Assembly (NCBI RefSeq): GCF_031769215.1
Contig: NW_026782484.1
Coordinates: 496,001-560,000 of the forward strand
Length of the DNA: 64,000 nt
Source of the DNA: Ylistrum balloti
Lineage: Eukaryota
Direction of reading: 5' to 3'
Below the pieces are notes generated by a model that saw only the letters and a program-made list of their open reading frames with translations, was not told the DNA's origin and ran no database searches. Positions within the stretch are counted from its first letter, which is position 1; each line of letters starts with the position of its first letter. Below, one piece after another: positions 52,196 through 63,710 of the stretch. The position numbers and the translations under genes are program-made.

Positions 52196-52985
52196 TTAAC
52201 AGGTGTTAAGTCTGACAGTAATTAACAAGTGTGAAGTCTGAATGTAATTAACAAGTGTTAAGTCTGACAGTAATTAACAAGTGTTAAGTCTGACAGTAAT
52301 TAACAAGTGTTAAGTCTGACAGTAATTAACAAGTGTGAAGTCTGACAGTAATTAACAAGTGTTAAGTCTGACAGTAATTAACAAGTGTGAAGTCTGACAG
52401 TAATTAACAAGTGTGAAGTCTGACAGTAATTAACAAGTGTTAAGTCTGACAGTAATTAACAAGTGTGAAGTCTGACAGTAATTAACAAGTGTTAAGTCTG
52501 ACAGTAATTAACAAGTGTGAAGTCTGAATGTAATTAACAGGTGTTAAGTCTGACAGTAATTAACAAGTGTTAAGTCTGACAGTAATTAACAAGTGTGAAG
52601 TCTGACAGTAATTAACAGGTTAAGTCTGACAGTAATTAACAAGTGTTAAGTCTGACAGTAATTAACAAGTGTTAAGGCTGACAGTAATTAACAGGTTAAG
52701 TCTGACAGTAATTAACAAGTGTGAAGTCTGACAGTAATTAACAAGTGTTAAGTCTGACAGTAATTAACAAGTGTTAAGTCTGACAGTAATTAACAAGTGT
52801 TAAGTCTGACAGTAATTAACAAGTGTGAAGTCTGACAGTAATTAACAAGTGTTAAGTCTGACAGTAATTAACAAGTGTGAAGTCTGACAGTAATTAACAA
52901 GTGTTAAGGCTGACAGTAATTAACAGGTTAAGTCTGACAGTAATTAACAAGTGTTAAGTCTGACAGTAATTTTAACAGGTGCTAC
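52195..52985. repeat. 26-bp minisatellite (AAGTCTGACAGTAATTAACAAGTGT(T/G))
   Basis: About 30 copies. Confidence 0.95.
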
Positions 52986-53733
52986 AAATTTTAACTAGTT
53001 TGAAGTGTAGTTAGGTTTGGAAGCAATTTTTCATGCTATTTTAATGTTGTTTGACATGAAAGAGAATCCCAGATGGAACAAACTTTATCTCAATATATCG
53101 TTGTACCTAGCATTCAAAAAGAGAGGTTTATAGACTTCCAGATGTGTTGCAGACGAATCAACAGCCAACTTACACATTAAAAGCAAGGTGTAAAATAGAC
53201 ACAATTAGATTTTCTGGTGTATTTAAAAAGGCATCTAGCATATAGAAAGTGAGCTGTTTAGTGTACAACACTGTACCATGTTCTGTGGAAAATCATAAAT
53301 TGATTTATTTGGGCTGATAATCATCCACACACTAACAAATTTACTCCACTATACATATTTTGGGACTTATTAAGTTATATGGACTTCTATTCTCATTGGC
53401 CTTTGTTTAGTAATGAGGATTTCTACTGTTATTTTGGACTTATTGTGATAGCAACCTATAATATTATTGGGACTTAGAAAGTAATAGGGACTTCTGCTGT
53501 TATTTGCACTTATTTAGTAAAAAATATTTCTAATGTTATTGAGGCTTATCCAGTGAAATTGAAACAGAATGAAGACTGAAAGGACGAACAAGAAAAATAT
53601 TATACTTGTACAAAAAGACAAAATAAATGTACAGTGACTTAAAATCAAGGGTTACTTACATCCTGAAAGTGAAATTACAATTTTTATGAAAAAAGAGAAC
53701 CATTTTCAGAATAGATTTTCTTGACTTTTGCAG

Positions 53734-53814
53734 ATTGTAAGTTTAACTGTCACAAGAAGTGTGCCCAGTATGTCCCTAAAGATTGCACTGGAGAGATGTT
53801 ACAGTATGATGGGG
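53734..53814 (+). CDS. PRKD: Protein kinase D exon 6 (C1b C-terminal half)
   Basis: cttttgcag|AT; DCKFNCHKKCAQYVPKDCTGEMLQYDG completes C1b. Donor G|GTAAGT. Confidence 0.95.
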
Positions 53815-53981
53815 GTAAGTTTAAGCATCTGGTGTGTGTTACTGTTACAACAATGAAAGTGATAAGACCTAGAGTCACAAACTTTTTAGGCTACCTAAGT
53901 CCGAGTGTCCATCGTGTAATAAGCGTCTTAAGAAGTTTTACCATATTTGACTTCTTTTTCTAAGGGGTTTTGTCGACTTCT

Positions 53982-54185
53982 GCAGTGGTCAAGTGGTTTA
54001 GGCATGTAAACATCTTTATCACTAGCTCTCCACCGCTGGGTCGCAGGTTCAGCTTCTACATGTGGTATTTACCAGGTACTGGCCACAGGTCAGTGGTTTT
54101 TCTCGAGGAAATCAGGTTTTGCTTCACCACCCAAATATGGCACATCCTTAAATGACCCTGGCAGTTCATAGGACGTACAGCAATA
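53982..54185 (+). mobile_element. tRNA-derived SINE-like copy (same family as 30984-31220)
   Basis: GTGGTCAAGTGGTTTAGGC head and GGTTCAGCTTC B-box-like motif. Shared 25-mer at 54138-54162, and a similar GTTTTTCTC...TAGGA(C/T)GTA tail. Confidence 0.7.
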
Positions 54186-54261
54186 ATGAACTAATGCTTG
54201 TGCTCAGTGATATAAATAGATTTATATAGAAAATTGATAATGATGTGTCATGTTTTGTCAG

Positions 54262-54394
54262 CCCCGGAACCCAGTGAGATGGGAGACACAAATAGCACTA
54301 TTGATACAGACAACACAGATGCCCTATCATTCTCATATGAGGAAGGATCACCACCAGAGGAGGAAGAGGAATCAGACCCAAAACCTCCGCTCAG
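54262..54394 (+). CDS. PRKD: Protein kinase D exon 7 (acidic region)
   Basis: ttttgtcag|CC; (A)PEPSEMGDTNSTIDTDNTDALSFSYEEGSPPEEEEESDPKPPL. Phase 1 in and phase 2 out (AG|GTGAGT) keep the frame between exons 6 and 8. Confidence 0.85.
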
Positions 54395-54800
54395 GTGAGT
54401 TGAACTTAAGTTATCGCTTAGATGAGCAGAACTCAAAGTCAAACTAGCACTCCTATAAGTGGAATGCAATCTACCACTCAGATGAGGAGAACTCAAAGTA
54501 CCAATCATATGAGTAGAACTCAAACTAACACTCAGGTGAGTATAACTCAGTCTACTGCTCAGATGAGTAGAACTCAAACTCAGTATACTGCTCAATTGAG
54601 TATAGAATTAAAATTACTACCCAGTTGAGTAGACCTCAAATTACCAATCATATGAGTAGAACTCAAACTCAGTCTACTGCTCAGATGAGTTTAGAATTCA
54701 AAATACTACCCTGTTGAGTAGACCTCAGAGTACCAATCATATGAGTGGAACTCAGACTTATCTTTGGTAGAACTCCAACGATTTCCTAGCTGAGTAGAAA
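54385..54800. repeat. Degenerate ~30-bp repeat derived from the exon 7 donor junction
   Basis: CTCAG(G/A)TGAGTAGAACTCAAA-like units follow CCGCTCAG|GTGAGTTGAACTTAA. Confidence 0.75.
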
Positions 54801-54963
54801 CCTTATTATTGCTTGATCTTAATTAAAGCTCAAGTTCCAAATCTTCTTGGTATAGAGTGAGATCAGATGATAAATTAGTCATCCTGCTACCAAGTCCAGA
54901 CTCAATATATATTTTGTATTTCATATGATTAGTGATTTCTGTACAAAAATCCTCTCGTTTCAG

Positions 54964-55084
54964 CCCAACTGGTAGTAACATTCCACTTCAGAGAATTGTG
55001 CAATCAATTAAACACACAAAAAGGACTGGGTCCAAAATCATCAAGGAAGGATGGATGGTCCATTACTCCGACAGAAACCCCCAG
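54964..55084 (+). CDS. PRKD: Protein kinase D exon 8 (pre-PH segment and PH beta1)
   Basis: cgtttcag|C; [41 protein letters not shown] (PKD NIPLxRxVQSxKHTKR/KEGWMVHY). Donor CAG|GTACAC. Confidence 0.96.
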
Positions 55085-55911
55085 GTACACAGATAATCTT
55101 ACATGCAGTGTTTGGATGATGACGTCCATATGAAGTATTTAGAAACACAGCTAAGTCATTATGATGATTTTATACCACTTAAAAAATCCTGTGGTAGATC
55201 CTTCAGATTTCTGTCCTTCTGTTGAGATACAGGGGATGGTACCTGTATAGAATGTACAAGGACATTGGACTTTAACAGATGTTATCTGTACCTGTTATAT
55301 AATTAATGCATACAAAGTCAGTATTGTCTGGGTATAGGTCAATACACACTGATATTTTTAGTTAATGTTGGGTGACAGCCGATCATTAAAAAAACCTAAA
55401 CAAAGCATATCTGATTATACATATGTAGGTAGAACTTCATAAGCTGAAGATATTACTTATTAGCTCTTGAAGAAAAGCAGGTTTATGATTTAGTATACGT
55501 TTGCTGCAGATATTGAAATACATGAATATTTTATTAAATATGGGTATTGTCATATCTGGTAATTATGAAGTTTTTTAGTGTAAAATTCACTAAGCAGAGT
55601 TGAAATGGATTTTTTTCAATTGCAAATTTTACATATTTTTAGACTTCAAGTTTTGTTTGGTTAAAGTTTACTTGTGTAACAGAACAGGAAGAAAACATAT
55701 ACCAATCAAGCACCCCACCAGGAATCAAATCCATATCGAAACCAACTGAGCCAAAGAAGTATGCTCTGTGGCTGAGTGACAGAGAATTTATTTATTACTG
55801 TACAAACCACACTGACTTACTTCTTTTACACTTGCAAGTATTAAAACATGCTAGTTTCAAGAAGTATTGTGTCACTACAGTGAAGTTTTTAGCTAGTTTT
55901 TAGTTAGGTAC

Positions 55912-58430
55912 TTAATCACAACATACCCTCAAATAGAGATAAAGTACCCCAGGTATTTACCAGCCACAACATACCCTCAAATAGAGATAAAGTAACCCAG
56001 GTATATACCAGCCACAACATACCCTCAAATAGAGATAAAGTAACCCAGGTATTTACCAGCCACAACATACCACATGGCTAGAGATAAAGTAACCCAGGTA
56101 TATACCATCCACAACATACCACATGGCTAGAGATAAAGTAACCCAGGTATATACCAGCCACAACATACCACATGGCTAGAGATAAAGTAACCCAGGTATA
56201 TACCAGCCACAACATACCACAAGGCTAGAGATAAAGTAACCCAGGTATATACCAGCCACAACATACCACATGGCTAGAGATAAAGTAACCCAGGTATAAA
56301 CCAGCCACAACATACCACATGGCTAGAGATAAAGTAACCGAGGTATATACCAGCCACAACATACCACATGGCTAGAGATAAAGTAACCCAGGTATATACC
56401 AGCCACAACATACCACATGGCTAGAGATAAAGTAACCCAGGTATATACCAGCCACAACATACCACATGGCTAGAGATAAAGTAACCCAGGTATATACCAG
56501 CCACAACATACCACATGGCTAGAGATAAAGTAACCCAGGTATATACCAGCCACAACATACCACATGGCTAGAGATAAAGTAACCCAGGTATATACCAGCC
56601 ACAACATACCACATGGCTAGAGATAAAGTAACCCAGGTATATACCAGCCACAAAATACCACATGGCTAGAGATAAAGTAACCGAGGTATATACCAGCCAC
56701 AACATTCCACAAGGCTAGAGATAAAGTAACCCAGGTATATACCAGCCACAACATACCACATGGCTAGAGATAAAGTAACCCAGGTATATACCAGCCACAA
56801 CATACCACATGGCTAGAGATAAAGTAACCCAGGTATATACCAGCCACAACATACCACATGGCTAGAGATAAAGTAACCCAGGTATATACCAGCCACAACA
56901 TACCACATGGCTAGAGATAAAGTAACCCAGGTATATACCAGCCACAACATACCACATGGCTAGAGATAAAGTAACCCAGGTATATACCAGCCACAACATA
57001 CCACATGGCTAGAGATAAAGTAACCCAGGTATATACCAGCCACAACATACCACATGGCTAGAGATAAAGTAACCCAGGTATATACCAGCCACAACATACC
57101 ACATGGCTAGAGATAAAGTAACCCAGGTATATACCAGCCACAACATACCACATGGCTAGAGATAAAGTAACCCAGGTATATACCAGCCACAACATACCAC
57201 ATGGCTAGAGATAAAGTAACCCAGGTATATACCAGCCACAACATACCACATGGCTAGAGATAAAGTAACCCAGGTATATACCAGCCACAACATACCACAT
57301 GGCTAGAGATAAAGTAACCCAGGTATATACCAGCCACAACATACCACATGGCTAGAGATAAAGTAACCCAGGTATATACCAGCCACAACATACCACATGG
57401 CTAGAGATAAAGTAACCCAGGTATATACCAGCCACAACATACCACATGGCTAGAGATAAAGTAACCCAGGTATATACCAGCCACAACATACCACAAGGCT
57501 AGAGATAAAGTAACCCAGGTATATACCAGCCACAACATACCAGCCAGCCACAACATACCACATGGCTAGAGATAAAGTAACCCAGGTATATACCAGCCAC
57601 AACATACCACATGGCTAGAGATAAAGTAACCCAGGTATATACCAGCCACAACATACCACATGGCTAGAGATAAAGTAACCCAGGTATATACCAGCCACAA
57701 CATACCACATGGCTAGAGATAAAGTAACCCAGGTATATACCAGCCACAACATACCACATGGCTAGAGATAAAGTAACCCAGGTATATACCAGCCACAACA
57801 TACCACATGGCTAGAGATAAAGTAACCCAGGTATATACCAGCCACAACATACCACATGGCTAGAGATAAAGTAACCCAGGTATATACCAGCCACAACATA
57901 CCACATGGCTAGAGATAAAGTAACCCAGGTATATACCAGCCACAACATACCACATGGCTAGAGATAAAGTAACCCAGGTATATACCAGCCACAACATACC
58001 ACATGGCTAGAGATAAAGTAATATAAAGTAACCCAGGTATATACCAGCCACAACATACCACATGGCTAGATAAAGTAACCCAGGTATATACCAGCCACAA
58101 CATACCACATGGCTAGAGCATTTAAAGTAAAGTATATACCAGCCACAACATACCACATATATACCAGCCACAACATACCACATGGCTAGAGATAAAGTAA
58201 CCCAGGTATATACCAGCCACAACATACCACAAGGCTAGAGATAAAGTAACCCAGGTATATACCAGCCACAACATACCACAAGGCTAGAGATAAAGTAACC
58301 CAGGTATATACCAGCCACAACATACCACAAGGCTAGAGATAAAGTAACCCAGGTATATACCAGCCACAACATACCACATGGCTAGAGATAAAGTAACCCA
58401 GGTATATACCAGCGACAACATACTACTTTG
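55912..58430. repeat. 49-bp minisatellite (CCACAACATACCACATGGCTAGAGATAAAGTAACCCAGGTATATACCAG)
   Basis: About 51 copies, highly homogeneous in the centre. Confidence 0.96.
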
Positions 58431-58659
58431 CTAGAGAGAACTTTTCTGGGATCCTCTGACTGTAGAATAGCAAGAGCCAGAGGCTTAATGTTAGGTCCCT
58501 GGTAGAGGGAGGCATTAAAATTAATCATGACCTTTGTTAGATTGAGAAATGTTCAAACTATAGTTTTAACGCATTTCAAGTATGAACACCAAACCTTCGA
58601 TATATTGAGATGAAAACAATCATTGTATGGACTGTACAACAATACCTATTTATTTACAG

Positions 58660-58737
58660 AGAAAAAGGCATTATTGGAAGTTAGACTCCAAGTCAATCAC
58701 TCTTTACCAGTCAGAAAATACCAGTAAATACTACAAG
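58660..58737 (+). CDS. PRKD: Protein kinase D exon 9 (PH domain)
   Basis: tatttacag|AGA; [26 protein letters not shown]. Donor AAG|GTATGT. Confidence 0.95.
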
Positions 58738-59161
58738 GTATGTGTACCCTGAGTCAATCACTCTTTACCAGTCAGAAAATACCAGTAAATACTACAAGGT
58801 ATGTGTACCCTGAGTCAATCACTCTTTACCAGTCAGAAAATACCAGTAAATACTACAAGGTATGTGTACCCTGAGTCAATCACTCTTTACCAGTCAGAAA
58901 ATACCAGTAAATACTACAAGGTATGTGTATCCTGAGTCAATCACTCTTTACCAGTCAGAAAATACCAGTAAATACTACAAGGTATGTGTACCCTGAGTCA
59001 ATCACTCTTTAGCAATCAGGCCGGTATATACCACAAGGTATGTAGACTCTGAGTCAATCACTCTTTACCAGTCAGAAAATACCGGTAAATACTACAAGGT
59101 ATGTAGACTCTGAGTCAATCATTCTTTACCAGTCAGAAAATACCGGTAAATACTACAAGGT
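58691..59161. repeat. 61-bp array duplicating the last 47 nt of exon 9 plus its donor
   Basis: The exon copy plus 7 intronic copies. The first four intronic copies are 47/47 identical to the exon end. Confidence 0.96.
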
Positions 59162-59491
59162 GGGGGTCACTGGGATTGATTGATCTGCAGGGGTTTAGGA
59201 TATTTGTATCCTCAGGATGACAGGTCTAGTTTTGATTTATCAAATTGAATTTATCTGTGTATAAAAGAACACTTATACAGGTGACTTAGATTTTGTTATT
59301 GAAATGTTAGGATGGATACAATCAGTGTTTGATAGAAAAATTTGAGGGGTTCTGTTTTATTTCTGCTCAGATTGATTTGTAGCCAGGTGTTAATTTTTTC
59401 TGCTGTCTGATTTTTCCTTTCCTGTTTTGAATCGGATGTATAGTACAAATCACATTCTTACACGATATCCTCACAATTGCTTTGATTCTAG

Positions 59492-59753
59492 GAAATACAA
59501 TTAGCTGACATATTATGCATAGAGCAAGCCAAGGTGAAACAACAGGTGGACATGTCCAGGGCACCCAATGTGTTTGAGATTCGTCTTCAGTCTGCCACCT
59601 ATTTTGTTGGGGAGGATCCCACTTTCAATGGACGGGAGGGTAATATTGTTGTGTCGTCTGAAAGTGGAAGTGGACTGGAGCAGGCCCGTTATTGGGAACA
59701 CGCCATTCGTCAGGCCCTCATGCCAGTTACTCCAACAACCAGTGTGGTAGGAG
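59492..59753 (+). CDS. PRKD: Protein kinase D exon 10 (PH domain C-terminal part)
   Basis: gattctag|GAA; EIQLADILCIE...PNVFEIRLQSATYFVGED...WEHAIRQALMPVTPTTSVVG. Donor G|GTGAGT. Confidence 0.95.
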
Positions 59754-60225
59754 GTGAGTTTAATATATCTGTGTTGTATTGTCCCGTGTCATTCCTACAA
59801 CCACTGTGGTCCCTAGGGGGTGAGTGTGATCTAACAGTTTTGTGTCGTCCCTAAGTCATTCCTACAACCACTGTGGTCCCTAGGGAGTGAGTGTGATCTA
59901 ACAGTTTTGTGTCATCCCTAAGTCATTCCTACATCCAGTGTGGTCCCTAGGGGGTGAGTGTGATCTAACAGTTTTGTGTCGTCCCTAAGTCATTCCTACA
60001 ACCACTGTGGTCCCTAGGGGGTGAGGGCGATATAACAGTTTTGTGTCATCCCTAAGTCATTCATACAACCACTGTGGTCCCGAGGGGGTGAGTGTGATCT
60101 AACAGTTTTGTGTTGTCCCAAAGTCATTCCTACAACCACTGTGGTCCCTAGGAAGTGAGAGTGATCTAACAGTTTTGTGTCGTCTCTAAGTCATTCCTAC
60201 ATCTAGTGTGGTAGAAGTTGAGTTT
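59725..60225. repeat. 67-bp array derived from the exon 10 donor junction
   Basis: CATTCCTACAACCACTGTGGTCCCTAGGGGGTGAGTGTGATCTAACAGTTTTGTGTCGTCCCTAAGT x~6. Confidence 0.92.
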
Positions 60226-60359
60226 GATCTATATAGAGATTGACAGCTTGTGACCAGCCCATTAGTGATGACTCTTCATTTGTAGAATGTCTTCAATATC
60301 AATTGTAGTAATTTTCAATAAGGAAAGGTATGACTAAAATTTATTCTCTTATATTACAG

Positions 60360-60400
60360 AGAAACAAGGTCAGCAGGGTTCAGGAACTGATGAACAACAG
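60360..60400 (+). CDS. PRKD: Protein kinase D exon 11 (41-nt PH-kinase linker exon)
   Basis: ctcttatattacag|AG; (E)KQGQQGSGTDEQQ. Donor CAG|GTAAGC. It supplies exactly the phase 1 to phase 0 correction needed between exons 10 and 12. Confidence 0.8.
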
Positions 60401-61225
60401 GTAAGCATACTGACTGGTGACAAGTAGGCTAACTGACCAACAACAGGTAAACATGACTGGTGACAGGTAGACAAACTGACCAACAACAGGTAAACATGAC
60501 TGGTGACAGGTAGGCAAACTGACCAACAACAGGTAAACATGACTGGTGACAGGTAGGCAAACTGACCAACAACAGGTAAACATGACTGGTGACAGGTAGG
60601 CAAACTGACCATCAACAGGTAGACATGCTGACTGGTGACAGGTAGACAAACTGACCAACAACAGGTAAACATGACTGGTGACAGGTAGACAAACTGACCA
60701 ACAACAGGTAAACATGACTGGTGACAGGAAGGCAAACTGACCAACAACAGGTAAACGTGATGACTGGTGACAGGTAGGCTAACTGTCAACAACAGGTAAA
60801 CATGCTGACTGGTGACAGGTAGACAAACTGGCCAACAACAGGTAAACATGCTGACTGGTGACAGGTAGACAAACTGACCAACAACAGGTAGACATGCTGA
60901 CTGGTGACAGGTAGGCTAACTGTCAACAACAGGTAAACATGCTGACTGGTGACAGGTAGACAAACTGACCAACAACAGGTAAACATGCTGACTGGTGACA
61001 GGTAGACAAACTGACAAACAACAGGTAAACATGCTGACTGGTGACAGGTAGACAAACTGACCAACAACAGGTAAACATACTGACTGGTGACAGGTAGGCT
61101 AACTGTCAACAACAGGTAAACATGCTGACTGGTGACAGGTAGACAAACTGACAAACAACAGGTAAACATGATGACTGGTGACAGGTAGACAAACTGACCA
61201 ACAACAGGTCAACATACTGACTGAT
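60385..61225. repeat. 43-46-bp array derived from the exon 11 donor junction
   Basis: AACTGACCAACAACAGGTAAACATG(CTG)ACTGGTGACAGGTAGACA x~19. Confidence 0.93.
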
Positions 61226-61560
61226 GACTTTGTTTTCAACTCATGCCTGAGAACACTGTGTTTTGAAGTGTTTTTTTTTTTTGCAAACAAGTGCCTACAA
61301 CAGCCACAATTTTCTGATTGGTAGAGGAAATAAAGCTAAAAATAAAAACCTTTGACAATTTATTAAAGAAATGTTGAATCTCTGTAATTCATAGTTTGAA
61401 GTGGTTTGTCCATTCCATTGCTAACTAAATCATGTGAGCCTGTGTCCAGAATTTGAATGCAGTCATTTGTAGATTTGTGTATTTATTGTGTTGCTGCAAG
61501 TTATTTGTAAGAATAATGTATGTAGGAGATATATATTGTGTGCAGTATTTTGTTGTTCAG

Positions 61561-61633
61561 GATATTAGCCAGCTGTACCAGATCTATCCGGATGATGTAC
61601 TAGGATCAGGACAGTTTGGTATTGTTTATGGAG
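61561..61633 (+). CDS. PRKD: Protein kinase D exon 12 (kinase Gly-rich loop)
   Basis: ttgttcag|GAT; [24 protein letters not shown]. Donor G|GTAGGT. Confidence 0.96.
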
Positions 61634-61954
61634 GTAGGTTCTGCGTATATAAATTAGCTGCAGAAAGTTTCACCAGAAATAGTACTCCAAGTGTCCCTAA
61701 ACATTTCAATTGATTTGGCACAGTTCTTGTTCTTAATATCAAATTTAAACCTAAAATTATTCACAATGCCAAATACCCTTCAGGCATTATTTCATTTGCT
61801 CATTAGTATCTTTAAGTAAGTATTCTATAGTTCAATCATTTTGAAACCAAAACTGATTACAAAAGCATTTGTTTTCCCAAGAACAAGGTGCTTTGACTCA
61901 AATAAGTGTAATGTTGATAGTCATTCATTAGACTGTACAATTTTCTTTACACAG

Positions 61955-62061
61955 GGAAACATAGGAAAACAAACAGAGAAGTGGCAATCAAAGTGATAGA
62001 TAAATTAAGATTTCCCACGAAACAGGAGGCTCAACTCAAAAATGAAGTATCAATTTTACAG
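61955..62061 (+). CDS. PRKD: Protein kinase D exon 13 (kinase subdomains II-III)
   Basis: tttacacag|GG; [36 protein letters not shown], with the catalytic Lys (VAIK) and alphaC Glu. Donor CAG|GTAAGA. Confidence 0.97.
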
Positions 62062-63710
62062 GTAAGACCCAAGGCAGGCCTCTAATTTGTACAGGTAAGA
62101 AACAAGGCAGGCCTCTAATTCCTACAGATAGCAAGACACAAGGCAGGCCTCTAATTCCTACAGGTAGTAAACAAGGCAGGCCTCTAATTCCTACAGGTAG
62201 TAAACAAGGCAGGCCTCTAATTCCTACAGATAGCAAGACACAAGGCAGGCCTCTAATTTCTACAGATAGCAAGACACAAGGCAGGCCTCTAATTCCTACA
62301 GATAGCAAGACACAAGGCAGGCCCCTAATTTCTACAGATAGCAAGACACAAGGCAGGCCTCTAATTCCTACAGATAGCAAGACACAAGGCAGGCCCCTAA
62401 TTTCTACAGATAGCAAGACACATGGCAGGCCCCCAATTTCTACAGATAGCAAGACACAAGGCAGGCCTCTAATTTCTACAGATAGCAAGACACATGGCAG
62501 GCCCCTAATTTCTACAGATAGCAAGACACATGGCAGGCCCCCAATTTCTACAGATAGCAAGACACAAGGCAGGCCTCTAATTTCTACAGATAGCAAGACA
62601 CATGGCAGGCCCCTAATTTCTACAGATAGCAAGACACAAGGCAGGCCTCTAATTTCTACAGATAGCAAGACACATGGCAGGCCCCTAATTTCTACAGATA
62701 GCAAGACACATGGCAGGCCCCTAATTTCTACAGATAGCAAGACACAAGGCAGGCCTCTAATTCCTACAGATAGCAAGACACAAGGCGGGCCTCTAATTCC
62801 TACAGTTAGTAAGAGACTAGACTGGCCTCTAATTTCTACAGATAGCAAGACCCAAGGCAGGCCTCTAATTTCTGCAGATAGCAAGACCCAAGGCAGGCCT
62901 CTAATTTCTACAGATAGCAAGACACAAGGCAGGCCTCTAAATTCTACAGATAGCAAGACACAAGGCAGGCCTCTAATTTCTACAGATAGCAAGACACAAG
63001 GCGGGCCTCTAATTCCTACAGGTAGTAAACAAGGCGGGCCTCTAATTTCTACAGATAGCAAGACACAAGGCGGGCCTCTAATTCCTACAGGTAGTAAACA
63101 AGGCAGGCCTCTAATTCCTACAGGTAGTAAGAGACTAGTCTGGCCTCTAATTCCTACAGGTAGTAAACAAGGCAGGCCTCTAATTCCTGCAGTTAGTAAG
63201 AGACTAGGCTGGCCTCTAATTCCTGCAGGTAATAAACAAGACAGGCCTCTAATTTCTACAGAGAGACTAGGCTGGCCTCTAATTCCTACAGGTAGTAAAC
63301 AAGGCAGGTCTCTAATTACTACAGGTAGTAAACAAGTCTGGTCTCTAATTACTACGGGCAGTAAACAAGTCTGGTCTCTAATTACTACAGGTAGGAAACA
63401 AGTCTGGTCTCTAATTACTACAGGTAGTAAACAAGTCTGGTCTCTAATTACTACAGGTAGTAAACAAGTCTGGTCTCTAATAACTACGGGCAGTAAACAA
63501 GTCTGGTCTCTAATTACTACAGGTAGGAAACAAGTCTGGTCTCTAATTACTACAGGTAGTAAACAAGTCTGGTCTCTAATTACTACAGGTAGTAAACAAG
63601 TCTGGTCTCTAATTACTACAGATCCTGAACAAGGCTGGCCTCTAATTCCTACAGATCCTGAACAAGGCTGGCCTCTAATTCCTACAGATCCTGAACAAGG
63701 CTGGCATACA
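62050..63710. repeat. 33-36-bp array derived from the exon 13 donor junction
   Basis: TTCTACAGATAGCAAGACACAAGGCAGGCCTCTAAT and ACAGGTAGTAAACAAG variants, about 46 copies. Source of the 341-aa antisense ORF. Confidence 0.94.

Noticed and set aside
55912-58430. 49-bp array as a derivative of the exon 8 donor (AACCCAG|GTATAT vs AACCCCCAG|GTACAC)
   Set aside because: The match is only ~10 nt and the array starts ~830 bp from the exon, so it is not counted among donor-seeded arrays.
62036-63061. 341-aa minus-strand ORF (VLLSVEIRGLPC repeats)
   Set aside because: Translation of the 36-bp intronic array antisense to PRKD. No domain or unique sequence.
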